The position numbers and the translations under genes were made by a program. This document shows, piece after piece, positions 30,897-39,583 of a stretch of 64,000 nt of DNA. Each line of letters begins with the position of its first letter. Within the stretch, counting starts at the first letter, position 1. A model generated the notes under the pieces. The model saw nothing but the letters and a program-made list of their open reading frames with translations, did no database searches and was not told the origin of the DNA. Location of the stretch: positions 33,081-97,080 of IMG/VR virus record IMGVR_UViG_3300031414_000013; one strand, written 5' to 3'. The stretch comes from a virus.

Positions 30897-32246
30897 TTAG
30901 GCTGCTATTTGAAGGCGACGTTGTCCTTCTTCGTAGAGGGCATCTACAAAGCGCTGTACGTCAGTGGGGTTTGACTTAAAGGTTTTCTGTACCGTCGCAC
31001 CAGGTAATGAAGGGAAAGGCGCGTTGGCTACATACGTTTCGCCAGGGAACATCAACTCAACGTAACGACGCAGTTCCTTATCTTCCAGGTAATCGATACA
31101 GACACGGGCATCAACACGTTCATCTCGAATCAATGCTTCGTCCAGTTGTTCAGGATGGTTAGTGGTCATAATGACAATGACGTCATCTAAACCTAACACA
31201 CCATCCAGACCATTAAGTAGCTCCGACAGATTGCCACTCAGATACTCATCAATGACATCGCGTTGTAACGGCTCAGCCACTGGTGCAGTATTGGACTCGC
31301 CATCGCGTTCCTTCTTGATCTTCTTAACGATACCAAACTCAGGGTCTGTTTCCTGATTGTCACGGCGACGAGAAACAGAATAAGTATCGATATCTTCGAT
31401 CAAGACCACGCCACCTTTGGCACTCTGTAAGAGAGTGTTGTATGATGACGTACCATCGGGCTTGAGGATGTGTATAGGGCGATTAAGCATCGAAGCTATA
31501 GCAGCCGCCAGTGAACTCTTGCCTGTCCCTGGAGGGCCATACAGGAGCACGGTGAACTTATAGTTGAAACCACGCTTACGATACCAATCCCGGTTGGTTT
31601 GGAATTTGACGAGCGGGTCTAACAGCTCAGTCTGCACTTTATCGCTAACAACAACTGTGTTAGGGTCACGCTTATTCATTCGCGTAATCCAGTTCCATTC
31701 TGACTTACCGCTTTCGAATACATTCAACTGGTGGTGTTCTGCATCGACGTCCATGAATGCATCCATCAGTCTGAACAGAGGACCTTTACTACGACCCAAT
31801 GTGGAGATACTGATGCGGTATTTCGATTGGTTGGATTGGTTCGCCTGGTCTTCAGCAATCGTGAAGAAATAGAAGCGGCGCATATAGATGAAGAAGTGAG
31901 TACCAACCCCTGGGCCTACTGACCCACGAGCATTCCCACCATCCAACGTAATCACACGGCTCCACTTAAACCACGAGTTCTTAGAGAACCATTCCAAGAA
32001 TGCAATATACTGACGGCTGTTGTATTCAGACCAGTTAGTTGATGCAGTAGAGAAGCTCAACTTTGTCATGCACTGTGTACGAACTAAATGCATGACGCGT
32101 TGCGGTAACTTCCACAGTAAGAAACCAATCCCGCCAGTAAAGACCAGAGAACTTGTTGTAACAATCGCCGCTTGTGCAGCAGGCCACGGTTTAGCATAGT
32201 CAAGAATGACTTGATATAGCGCCAGCAGATGTTCTATCATGACCAC
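30897..32246 (-). CDS. BCS1-like membrane-anchored AAA+ ATPase
   Basis: N-terminal TM; WY..RG..YK..VLLYGPPGTGKS; IEDID; LSELLNGLDG; TTNHPEQLDEALIR..RVD. Confidence 0.85.
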   Translation of the reverse strand: MVMIEHLLALYQVILDYAKPWPAAQAAIVTTSSLVFTGGIGFLLWKLPQRVMHLVRTQCMTKLSFSTASTNWSEYNSRQYIAFLEWFSKNSWFKWSRVITLDGGNARGSVGPGVGTHFFIYMRRFYFFTIAEDQANQSNQSKYRISISTLGRSKGPLFRLMDAFMDVDAEHHQLNVFESGKSEWNWITRMNKRDPNTVVVSDKVQTELLDPLVKFQTNRDWYRKRGFNYKFTVLLYGPPGTGKSSLAAAIASMLNRPIHILKPDGTSSYNTLLQSAKGGVVLIEDIDTYSVSRRRDNQETDPEFGIVKKIKKERDGESNTAPVAEPLQRDVIDEYLSGNLSELLNGLDGVLGLDDVIVIMTTNHPEQLDEALIRDERVDARVCIDYLEDKELRRYVELMFPGETYVANAPFPSLPGATVQKTFKSNPTDVQRFVDALYEEGQRRLQIAA

Positions 32247-33121
32247 GCCTTATAGTGAGTAACCAATGCCAATGCAGCGCTGAATACGCCACACACTGTT
32301 TTAGCGCAGACCGTAATTGAGCCTACGCGAATACGGAATGGACGATTGTTTGGTGCGTCCACCGTAACCGGTACGTCCAACAGCGTTGCGATTTCCAGCA
32401 ACTGTGTGTGGTCGTTGTGGAAGTCCGGACCTTCAAAGTCGTCGTAGTCGTATGCTGGTTGGGACAACGCGTAGCTCTGACTGTTATTCAACTTAACGTA
32501 CGTCGGTTCCAGTTCGATGGCACTGGTTCCGTCATAGGTGGCAGGCACACCCACCTTACGCGCAACAGTCTTTATTAATTCAGCGGCTACTGTAATCTTC
32601 CCCAGATAGTCGCCTAACAACACCAGACCATCAATGCTCTCTTTCGGGAAGAAAGGCTCATTGGGAACAGACTGCGCTGTATTAACCAACGCAATAGTCT
32701 GCTCAATGAGATCGTGCATTGCAGCACCCAGTGGTTTGTTCATTGAGAACGCCAGAGGCTTATCGTGCTTGTCTACAACAACGCCATTGTACAGATTAGT
32801 GCTACTGATCTTGCGCAGTACCAGAGAGCCTTGTAGGGCTTCTACGTGCACCCAGAGTTTCTGGTGGTCACGCACGAACTGTGGACACACATCAGTGTAG
32901 TTAGGAACCTCAACACTGGCAGCAGGACCAGTATCGAGAATGGTACGCAGATTACGGTCTCTGGAAATCAGGGTCGCCTTTAAGCCACGCTCAACCAACG
33001 CCGCCGCCGCATGATAGACGTAGGGATTTAAATCCATCTCCCCATTAGGTTGTTGTTTCAGAGAGAACCCGTGTGTCAAACAGACCTCACGGATTTCGTC
33101 CTTAGTTAAAATGCTTTTCAT
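32237..33121 (-). CDS. Hypothetical protein
   Basis: 294 aa; N-terminal HGFSLKQQPNG..DLNPYVY motif familiar from phage proteins. Confidence 0.7.
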   Translation of the reverse strand: MKSILTKDEIREVCLTHGFSLKQQPNGEMDLNPYVYHAAAALVERGLKATLISRDRNLRTILDTGPAASVEVPNYTDVCPQFVRDHQKLWVHVEALQGSLVLRKISSTNLYNGVVVDKHDKPLAFSMNKPLGAAMHDLIEQTIALVNTAQSVPNEPFFPKESIDGLVLLGDYLGKITVAAELIKTVARKVGVPATYDGTSAIELEPTYVKLNNSQSYALSQPAYDYDDFEGPDFHNDHTQLLEIATLLDVPVTVDAPNNRPFRIRVGSITVCAKTVCGVFSAALALVTHYKAWS

Positions 33122-33173
33122 GGATTCTTGTCCTTGTTAATAATGTCACTTAATTAGTGCGGTCAGTTTTTTG

Positions 33174-33992
33174 TTATTTTAATTTGACATCGGTCTTATC
33201 GAAAAACCAATTAGGTCGTGGGTTATGGATGGGCAACGACGCTGGGTCACGCACCTGAGACACAACGCGAGTGAATGACAGAGAACCGTCCGCGTACTTA
33301 ATGTTAGCTGCGGTTTGATCTTTGGCTTCCTCTGCCCGACGTTGACGGTTTATCAGCAACTTCGTGTGGATAGTGTACCCATTAGTCTGTTTGTAGTCGG
33401 CAAGGGTTTGCTTAGCCATACGACACGGACGACAATTGCCGCACTGCTTAATCTGATCTCCCTCACCCATAGTCGGTTGCTCACATACCCAGATCATGGT
33501 AATCAGTTCAGGGTCAATTTGATCAAGAAGTTGGTACTTCTCAATATCGATCAACGGCCATGTAACTGGGATTGGTTCGTGCCAGCGGGAGAACGACTGT
33601 AAGTTGTTCCATGCAGCTTCGATGTTTGGAAGCCAGCGACAGAAACCACCATCACTATATACATACCCAATGCGTAGCTCACTATGTCGCCCCGCGTCAA
33701 TTACGGCCAGCGCTGCGAATATCCACGCCGCCGGTTGAGAGTAACGGTTGCCGGGCGATTGAGCAAAAGAGATATGCGGTGCGCGGTAATCGTTCTGTAC
33801 CTTGTGCGGGCAAGTATCATTCAGGTAGCCGATGATCTTCTCACGCGCTTCTAACTCACGGGTGATCTTAATAGGATGTTGTCCGCCATCGGCATACATC
33901 ACATCACACGGTCCAATCTGCAACTGCTTATAAAGGAGAGCAGTTGAGTCCAAACCGCCAGAGAACAAAATCAGTGGAATTTTAGTAGTCAT
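33174..33992 (-). CDS. QueC-like PP-loop ATP pyrophosphatase
   Basis: FSGGLDS, PL...K, WVC...CGNCRPC zinc site. Confidence 0.8.
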   Translation of the reverse strand: MTTKIPLILFSGGLDSTALLYKQLQIGPCDVMYADGGQHPIKITRELEAREKIIGYLNDTCPHKVQNDYRAPHISFAQSPGNRYSQPAAWIFAALAVIDAGRHSELRIGYVYSDGGFCRWLPNIEAAWNNLQSFSRWHEPIPVTWPLIDIEKYQLLDQIDPELITMIWVCEQPTMGEGDQIKQCGNCRPCRMAKQTLADYKQTNGYTIHTKLLINRQRRAEEAKDQTAANIKYADGSLSFTRVVSQVRDPASLPIHNPRPNWFFDKTDVKLK

Positions 33993-34010
33993 TTCTTTTC
34001 CTTGTTAAAG

Positions 34011-34037
34011 AGCATAAAACCAGAGCCGAAGCCCTGG
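34011..34037 (-). terminator. Hairpin + TTTTATGC
   Basis: CCAGGGC-TTCG-GCTCTGG-TTTTATGC. Confidence 0.7.
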
Positions 34038-34043
34038 TGATAG

Positions 34044-34508
34044 TTATACGTAAATCCAATACTGAGGTACATTCGCTTTATCGAGAGACGCACTGAACTG
34101 CTGCTCACTAATCTCACCGGATTTCCATTTGGCGACATCAATGTAAGAACGATTGCAGCCCTTCAGACATGAGACGTGGTACCGACTCTCAATGTCGATA
34201 ATCTGACCCACTGCTAGCCCACCATTTGCGAAGAGCTTTGACATGGCTTTAAAGCGTCTGCGGACTGTTGAGGCAGACCCTTTCACCGGGAAAGCGATAA
34301 CGCGTTCGTCACGGGTTGGTCGTTTACCCAATACCGGTAGGACTACATCGTCATTGAACGCATGCATGACACGCACACTACGTTCCGTTAAAAAGGAGAC
34401 CATGAATACGTCATCACCTGCAACGGTGCGTATCGACAACTGGATGTCAAGTTCTGGATTCACTCTGTTTCCTCGTGTGTCGAATAACTTCATCGATCTG
34501 TAAGGCAA
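34044..34508 (-). CDS. Hypothetical protein
   Basis: ORF in operon; start uncertain. Confidence 0.6.
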   Translation of the reverse strand: MPYRSMKLFDTRGNRVNPELDIQLSIRTVAGDDVFMVSFLTERSVRVMHAFNDDVVLPVLGKRPTRDERVIAFPVKGSASTVRRRFKAMSKLFANGGLAVGQIIDIESRYHVSCLKGCNRSYIDVAKWKSGEISEQQFSASLDKANVPQYWIYV

Positions 34509-35226
34509 TGGCTACTGGTAAAGCGGCAGCAAACATCTTCTCACCCACTTCAGTCTGGAACGTACCACGCAGGCTAACACCGTAATCGATGTTACGCTTC
34601 AACCATACCCCGTAGTCAGACACCCCAAAGCGAGGACCCAACTCAGAGAACAGACGTTGCGACAACTCTGCGTTTAAGAAGTAGGTAGCATAGATCTGAT
34701 CGGCATCGCGCAGCATGCCAGCAGGAAGATCGATATCGCGACCCTCAGGCAGAGGCCAGATAGTATCACCAATTAACCGCAGTGTTTCGTCATGGTACTT
34801 CGGATAGATGTGCAACAGTGCACCTAACTTCTTAACATCGCGAATGGTGTTCTCAATGTTGACAGCGTCGTCATAGCTGGCCGAATGATTGTAGTCGTGT
34901 AACAACGCAGCATAGATCAACGGTGGGTAGATCTCCCCGCCACCTGATTTTGATAACACATACGTGAGCCAGGCTACACCGATCAAGTGGTGGGTAGAAT
35001 GGTAACTACCGCCCGGTGTGTTAGTCGCAGTCACAAACCGAATGATGTCGTTGTACTCCTGGAAGAAGTCATTAGACCAGATGATCGGTGGAAGCTCCGT
35101 CTTAGTACGAAGATTGGGACTAATGTCATCCACCTTTAACGGTACGGTGAATACCAGATCCATTGGACTGGCTTCCGGTACGTTAGTTTTGTAACCAACG
35201 AGACTGATTGATGTTGTTTCAGACAT
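34447..35226 (-). CDS. HD-domain phosphohydrolase (cyclic-nucleotide PDE-like motifs)
   Basis: YHSTHH, AALLHDYNH, LRDAD. Confidence 0.8.
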   Translation of the reverse strand: MSETTSISLVGYKTNVPEASPMDLVFTVPLKVDDISPNLRTKTELPPIIWSNDFFQEYNDIIRFVTATNTPGGSYHSTHHLIGVAWLTYVLSKSGGGEIYPPLIYAALLHDYNHSASYDDAVNIENTIRDVKKLGALLHIYPKYHDETLRLIGDTIWPLPEGRDIDLPAGMLRDADQIYATYFLNAELSQRLFSELGPRFGVSDYGVWLKRNIDYGVSLRGTFQTEVGEKMFAAALPVAIALQIDEVIRHTRKQSESRT

Positions 35227-35258
35227 AGTAAAACGGGGAGCCGAGACTCCCCCTCCGA

Positions 35259-36578
35259 TTAATTGGTCGTTGGGCTATCGCAGTCAGGTGTCGGTGCGCT
35301 AGCAACATCGATTTCATGTTTGGGGTGCGGAACATTCAGAGATTCGCGCATACGGTACAGCCAGTCAGACTGATCACCGGCAACAACCAGAACATGTCCT
35401 GCATCCTGGGTCACGTGATAGACACTCTTCTCGCTGGTAAGGATATCGTCCCAACGAAGGCAAACCAGCTCAGTCTTCTCCCAGCCCGACATATCCGATT
35501 TGACGTGATATACCGGCAGAGCTTTGAACTGTCCGTCTTTCAGATCACCGGCGTCAGCGTAGAACTTACCGTCACGCACCACTACCCCATCAGGAATCAT
35601 GGCGATGGTACGCTTGATGTGTGGAAGCAGAGAGAAGGCTACACTTACACCAACTACCTCTACCTCATCCGGCTCACCTTCATCGCTATCGTACATGCTT
35701 GCCCAGCGAAGATCTTTCAACACTGAGACATGTCGCTCATGTGGGTATTCGATTTCAGGCATTTCGATTTCTGCGTGTGCCCAGATATCCAATGTAGCCT
35801 GCTCAACCAACTGAGCCAGATGTGGTGTGATCTCCTCAGTCTCACGGTACACAACCGGATCAATGCGTTGACCAGATGCAGACGCCAATGCCAGATATGT
35901 GATCATCTGACGAGCTGGGTCGGTGTCTACAGGCATGCGCAGCCGCTGCGACTCATCAGTGTAATGTACGCGCTGGGGCTGAGCCTCGTTGTTGAACGGG
36001 AACGAGATCTTGCCACGGCGTGTGTGACCAGACCAAGCCTGGAAGTCATGCCATGGTGAAGGGAACTCTACCGCAAAACGATCCAGCCAATACGCTTCCT
36101 TCGTATTCGGGTCACGGAAGATAGTACCGAAACGAACGTTCTGATCGGAGTTGCCAGGACCGTGTGACATCCATTCATCGTCGGTGCCCTGGAGTGGGGT
36201 AAACGGACGGAAGGTTACGGCGGCAATGAGATACTGAATCATGCGTGCCATAACCGGCAGGTTGAATTGAATCAGTTCACGGTAGACCGGCTTTTCCACA
36301 TCTATCGCAGCAACCAACTCGGGGTAATCACCTCCGATTCTGGTGTAGAACACCGCTGTATCCGGGAACTCGCCTTCCGCGACCAACGACTCCAATTGGG
36401 ACATGAGGTTATCGGCAACGGTGTTAACGACTTCGCGCAGAGCGTACAGATTCCCTGCTGTGCCACCTTCACGACCAGAGTGAGCCAGGCAACGATGCGC
36501 TGAAGCGATTTGCTCATCAGTCAGTGTTGACTTTGGCAGGTAGGATAACTCTTTATCAAAATGACTTTTATACGACAT
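35259..36578 (-). CDS. Hypothetical multidomain protein
   Basis: 439 aa; central TPLQGTDDEW...QNVR..TIF motif familiar from phage proteins. Confidence 0.75.
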   Translation of the reverse strand: MSYKSHFDKELSYLPKSTLTDEQIASAHRCLAHSGREGGTAGNLYALREVVNTVADNLMSQLESLVAEGEFPDTAVFYTRIGGDYPELVAAIDVEKPVYRELIQFNLPVMARMIQYLIAAVTFRPFTPLQGTDDEWMSHGPGNSDQNVRFGTIFRDPNTKEAYWLDRFAVEFPSPWHDFQAWSGHTRRGKISFPFNNEAQPQRVHYTDESQRLRMPVDTDPARQMITYLALASASGQRIDPVVYRETEEITPHLAQLVEQATLDIWAHAEIEMPEIEYPHERHVSVLKDLRWASMYDSDEGEPDEVEVVGVSVAFSLLPHIKRTIAMIPDGVVVRDGKFYADAGDLKDGQFKALPVYHVKSDMSGWEKTELVCLRWDDILTSEKSVYHVTQDAGHVLVVAGDQSDWLYRMRESLNVPHPKHEIDVASAPTPDCDSPTTN

Positions 36579-36609
36579 AACGCTTTCCTTATTTTAGCGA
36601 TACTGTATT

Positions 36610-36954
36610 TCAATTGGTAGGTGTTGTTGTATACCACCAGCCGTCTTCATTTAACTCAACGTTGTAGCGCTGAGTTGCTGCGACACGCTTATTATAGCGT
36701 GACATGATTGCCCGCACGGTATTAGGTAGTTTCACGATTTGGCTGATAACCTCATCGGTGATATCCTCCTCACCCACCTTGAATCGAAGAGTCGACGTTT
36801 CTTCATCGAACTCAACTTCCACCCAGCGCGGTGCACCCATTGCTTTATACACCGCCGTGTTAATGCGAAGTCCACTCCACTTATTAACGCTAACGGTATA
36901 TTGTTCCGGTGCTTTGATGTCTTCCGGTAGTTCTCTTGTTTTAACCCACGCCAT
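36610..36954 (-). CDS. AbrB-like beta protein, tandem paralog 2
   Basis: VSVNKWSGLRIN...VEFDEE...LRF...DGWWY; start MAWVK. Confidence 0.6.
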   Translation of the reverse strand: MAWVKTRELPEDIKAPEQYTVSVNKWSGLRINTAVYKAMGAPRWVEVEFDEETSTLRFKVGEEDITDEVISQIVKLPNTVRAIMSRYNKRVAATQRYNVELNEDGWWYTTTPTN

Positions 36955-37312
36955 CTTTATCTCTCCAACGTCGAGGACTTTTAGTGATGTACCACCACCC
37001 ATCATCGGCCAGCCCCACCACATGCCTGCGAGTTCTATATACCCCCAGGTCCTGATAGTAGGTATAATACTTAGCTAAACCTTTACCTATCGAAACTTGG
37101 TTGTATCTCAGACGATGGCCAGTCAGACTTGGTCTAAACCGGAGCTTGCGTGCCTCGGGATCGTATTGAATCTCAAGACACGGTAAGTCACTTTGTTCGA
37201 TCTTCTGTCTAACATTAACATTGAGGCGCACCCCACCCTGTGGAGAAATGCTAACAAAGTGGGTAGCAGGTTCTGCCTGACGTTCATTAACCTTCACGGG
37301 TAGGTATGCCAT
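36941..37312 (-). CDS. AbrB-like beta protein, tandem paralog 1
   Basis: VSISPQGGVRLN...IQYDPE...LRF...DGWWY. Confidence 0.6.
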   Translation of the reverse strand: MAYLPVKVNERQAEPATHFVSISPQGGVRLNVNVRQKIEQSDLPCLEIQYDPEARKLRFRPSLTGHRLRYNQVSIGKGLAKYYTYYQDLGVYRTRRHVVGLADDGWWYITKSPRRWRDKDGVG

Positions 37313-37314
37313 GG

Positions 37315-37551
37315 TTACTCCGGTGCGTAGTGAAGTTTAGCTACAGCGTAGCCTTCCGCAGTAAGTACACAGAGGTGCGTGTCTTTACCTTTCGGTGCCA
37401 CCGGAACATCTACGCGTTTGCACAGACCAAGTGCAGACAATTCCGCCTCACCTGACTTAGCAGGGATCTCACCAGCTTCACGAGGACCAAACCAAAACAA
37501 GGCGTGCAGTGTATCGATAGCGCCGCCGCTGAGTTTATTAACGTTAACCAT
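37315..37551 (-). CDS. Small winged-helix-like protein
   Basis: GP...GEIPAKSG..EL...GLC...LT.EG. Confidence 0.5.
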   Translation of the reverse strand: MVNVNKLSGGAIDTLHALFWFGPREAGEIPAKSGEAELSALGLCKRVDVPVAPKGKDTHLCVLTAEGYAVAKLHYAPE

Positions 37552-38014
37552 CTAATTCCCTAAGAATAAATTTAGCCAACCACGCCCAGTTGTGTTCGGA
37601 CGGCGTTGCCTCAAGTGCCATCGATAACACTATTAGTGCCTCGTAGACAAATGGGAACTCCGCCACTAACGTCTTCCGATCGTCATAATCGAAGAGCTGG
37701 TCATGCGGCCAACGGGTTTCTGGCGTACCTGCGGAATCAAACCACTCGCCTTCCCACTCAATCCAAACGTGGGTGGGAGACCCAGTCAGATAACACTTGA
37801 TACCCATCTCTTTCAAACGTGTCTGTGCGAGTAATGCGTAAGCATGACACAGTCCGTTATTAATGTAGGTATCGATAGGGACGGGTGTGCCGTCGTCTGC
37901 CTTAGGCTTCTCACTACATTCATACCCAAACGCCCAGTACGACAACATGCGCACGCTAGGCGAGAGGCAACTATTAAGATCAGTCAATACTCTACGGATT
38001 ACCGCGTGCGACAT
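37544..38014 (-). CDS. Transglutaminase/papain-like Cys-His-Asp protein, paralog of 26415..26978
   Basis: NNGLCHAYA...HVWI...WFDS; start MSHAV. Confidence 0.6.
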   Translation of the reverse strand: MSHAVIRRVLTDLNSCLSPSVRMLSYWAFGYECSEKPKADDGTPVPIDTYINNGLCHAYALLAQTRLKEMGIKCYLTGSPTHVWIEWEGEWFDSAGTPETRWPHDQLFDYDDRKTLVAEFPFVYEALIVLSMALEATPSEHNWAWLAKFILRELDG

Positions 38015-38024
38015 GTTGGCTTCC

Positions 38025-38951
38025 TTATGCGTCGGATTCTTTGATGAACACACCGTCGTTGTTCATGTAACCTTTACGGTCTTTGATTTCGTGCCAGGCA
38101 TCGGACATACACTCTTCTACAGTGATGTCGTAGCAGTCAGCCAGATCGTACAGACAGAGCAGTGCGATTTCGATGTCGTCTTTTGAGAGACGCTCAGCCA
38201 GACGGCCACTGTGTACCGCGAAGTTACCCAGGACATTAACCATGGCCTTCATGTGCATCTGCAACAGCTCATGTGGGTCATCGCTCAGAGTGGTGCCCTG
38301 GGTCTTAGAAACTTCGTCCTCAACGCGACGAATGTAGGTACGCAGATCACGCTTGGCAATGCCCATGACGTTGGTCAACACGACAATGCTGTCGCCGATG
38401 CTATCCACAATCAGTGGCAGCTTATTACGACAGATGCCAGAAGCCAGCTCACCGACTTCTTCGTAGTACTTAGAAATCTGACCATTGATCTTACCGCAAG
38501 TCAGAATCTTACGATCAGTTGACCAACCCAATACCTTACCCACAACATCCAGGGTAGGGTAAAGGGTTTTAGTCTTTACCAGGTCGATTGAGATCAGGTT
38601 GATCAGTGCCTTAGTGCCGTCGGGAAATGCAGTGGCGGTACCGCGAATGGCGAATTCACAACCATACGGACGAGCCAGCACCGCAGCAGGAATACGACCG
38701 ACGTCCTGACCTTTAATGATTGCGCCGTCTTTGGTCAGCTCTACTGTTACATCCTCCACCAAACGTTTGGACGGAACTCGTTCGAACAAAGCGTCCGGAT
38801 GTTCGGAATAACCGGTCAGGCGATCTTCACCCCAACGTTGCTCGATAGGGCGGGCATTAAACTCGGCAACTGCCTTTTCCAGTGACTCTTTGGTATACTG
38901 GTTGGTGAGGACTACCGGGAAAGTGAAATACCCGTTTTCATCGTGAGACAT
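38025..38951 (-). CDS. Prohead-protease-like N-domain fused to MazG-like NTP pyrophosphohydrolase
   Basis: C-domain EEVGEL...DSIGD..VVL...EC...AW.EIKDRKG...GVFIKE; N-domain Y.K..LEKAV, GE..EHP, FAIRG, IDLV. Confidence 0.75.
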   Translation of the reverse strand: MSHDENGYFTFPVVLTNQYTKESLEKAVAEFNARPIEQRWGEDRLTGYSEHPDALFERVPSKRLVEDVTVELTKDGAIIKGQDVGRIPAAVLARPYGCEFAIRGTATAFPDGTKALINLISIDLVKTKTLYPTLDVVGKVLGWSTDRKILTCGKINGQISKYYEEVGELASGICRNKLPLIVDSIGDSIVVLTNVMGIAKRDLRTYIRRVEDEVSKTQGTTLSDDPHELLQMHMKAMVNVLGNFAVHSGRLAERLSKDDIEIALLCLYDLADCYDITVEECMSDAWHEIKDRKGYMNNDGVFIKESDA

Positions 38952-39038
38952 ATTTGAATCCTTTAACTTAGTTAGCGTTTCTTTATAGCACGCGGTCGGT
39001 TGTAAAAGGTCGCCACGGCGCAGCGACGTCGGGATTAC

Positions 39039-39485
39039 TTAGTGAACCAGTTTTAGTGAAGGTTTGGACTTGACCGGTACATCTTCTTTAGCCTGACCGT
39101 CGCCGAAGTTCTCGAACCAGGACTTAGCGCTGGCATAGTCGCACACAGGTTGACCGATTAAAGTTGTGCGGCCATACATTACTGCGATCTGTTGGTAGGC
39201 CAGAACTACGTTGTGTTCTTTTCCACCGAAACGACAATTGAAGGTCAAATACTCAGGACCGAAATTAAGATTGCCTGTGGCTGCCGGGTTAACGTTCAGG
39301 ACGATAGTAGGTACGGCACCTTCGCCCTGCGCTGGTTGGGTGAAGCCGAGTAACACGGGGTCAGTCACAAAGTCAGCGAACAGTTGAACGTAGGGTACAT
39401 CGAATTCACAAACCCAACGGTGCGTTGCTTCTGCAAAGTGTGGCAGGAATGAAGGAACAACGATTTCTTTTTCAGATTGGCTCAT
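39039..39485 (-). CDS. sspB: SspB-like ClpXP adaptor
   Basis: W....PY, IVLNV.P.A.GNL, FNCRFGG, C-terminal KPSLKLVH XB-like tail. Confidence 0.88.
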   Translation of the reverse strand: MSQSEKEIVVPSFLPHFAEATHRWVCEFDVPYVQLFADFVTDPVLLGFTQPAQGEGAVPTIVLNVNPAATGNLNFGPEYLTFNCRFGGKEHNVVLAYQQIAVMYGRTTLIGQPVCDYASAKSWFENFGDGQAKEDVPVKSKPSLKLVH

Positions 39486-39539
39486 GATTCTAATCCTTAT
39501 TTAAGTGTCAGATAATAGTTAGGTCGTGTAAATTAAAAC

Positions 39540-39570
39540 GGCATAAAAGGGAAGGGATTAGCCTTCCCTT
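39540..39570 (-). terminator. Hairpin + TTTATGCC
   Basis: AAGGGAAGG/CCTTCCCTT followed by TTATGCC. Confidence 0.75.
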
Positions 39571-39583
39571 GATATTATATACC

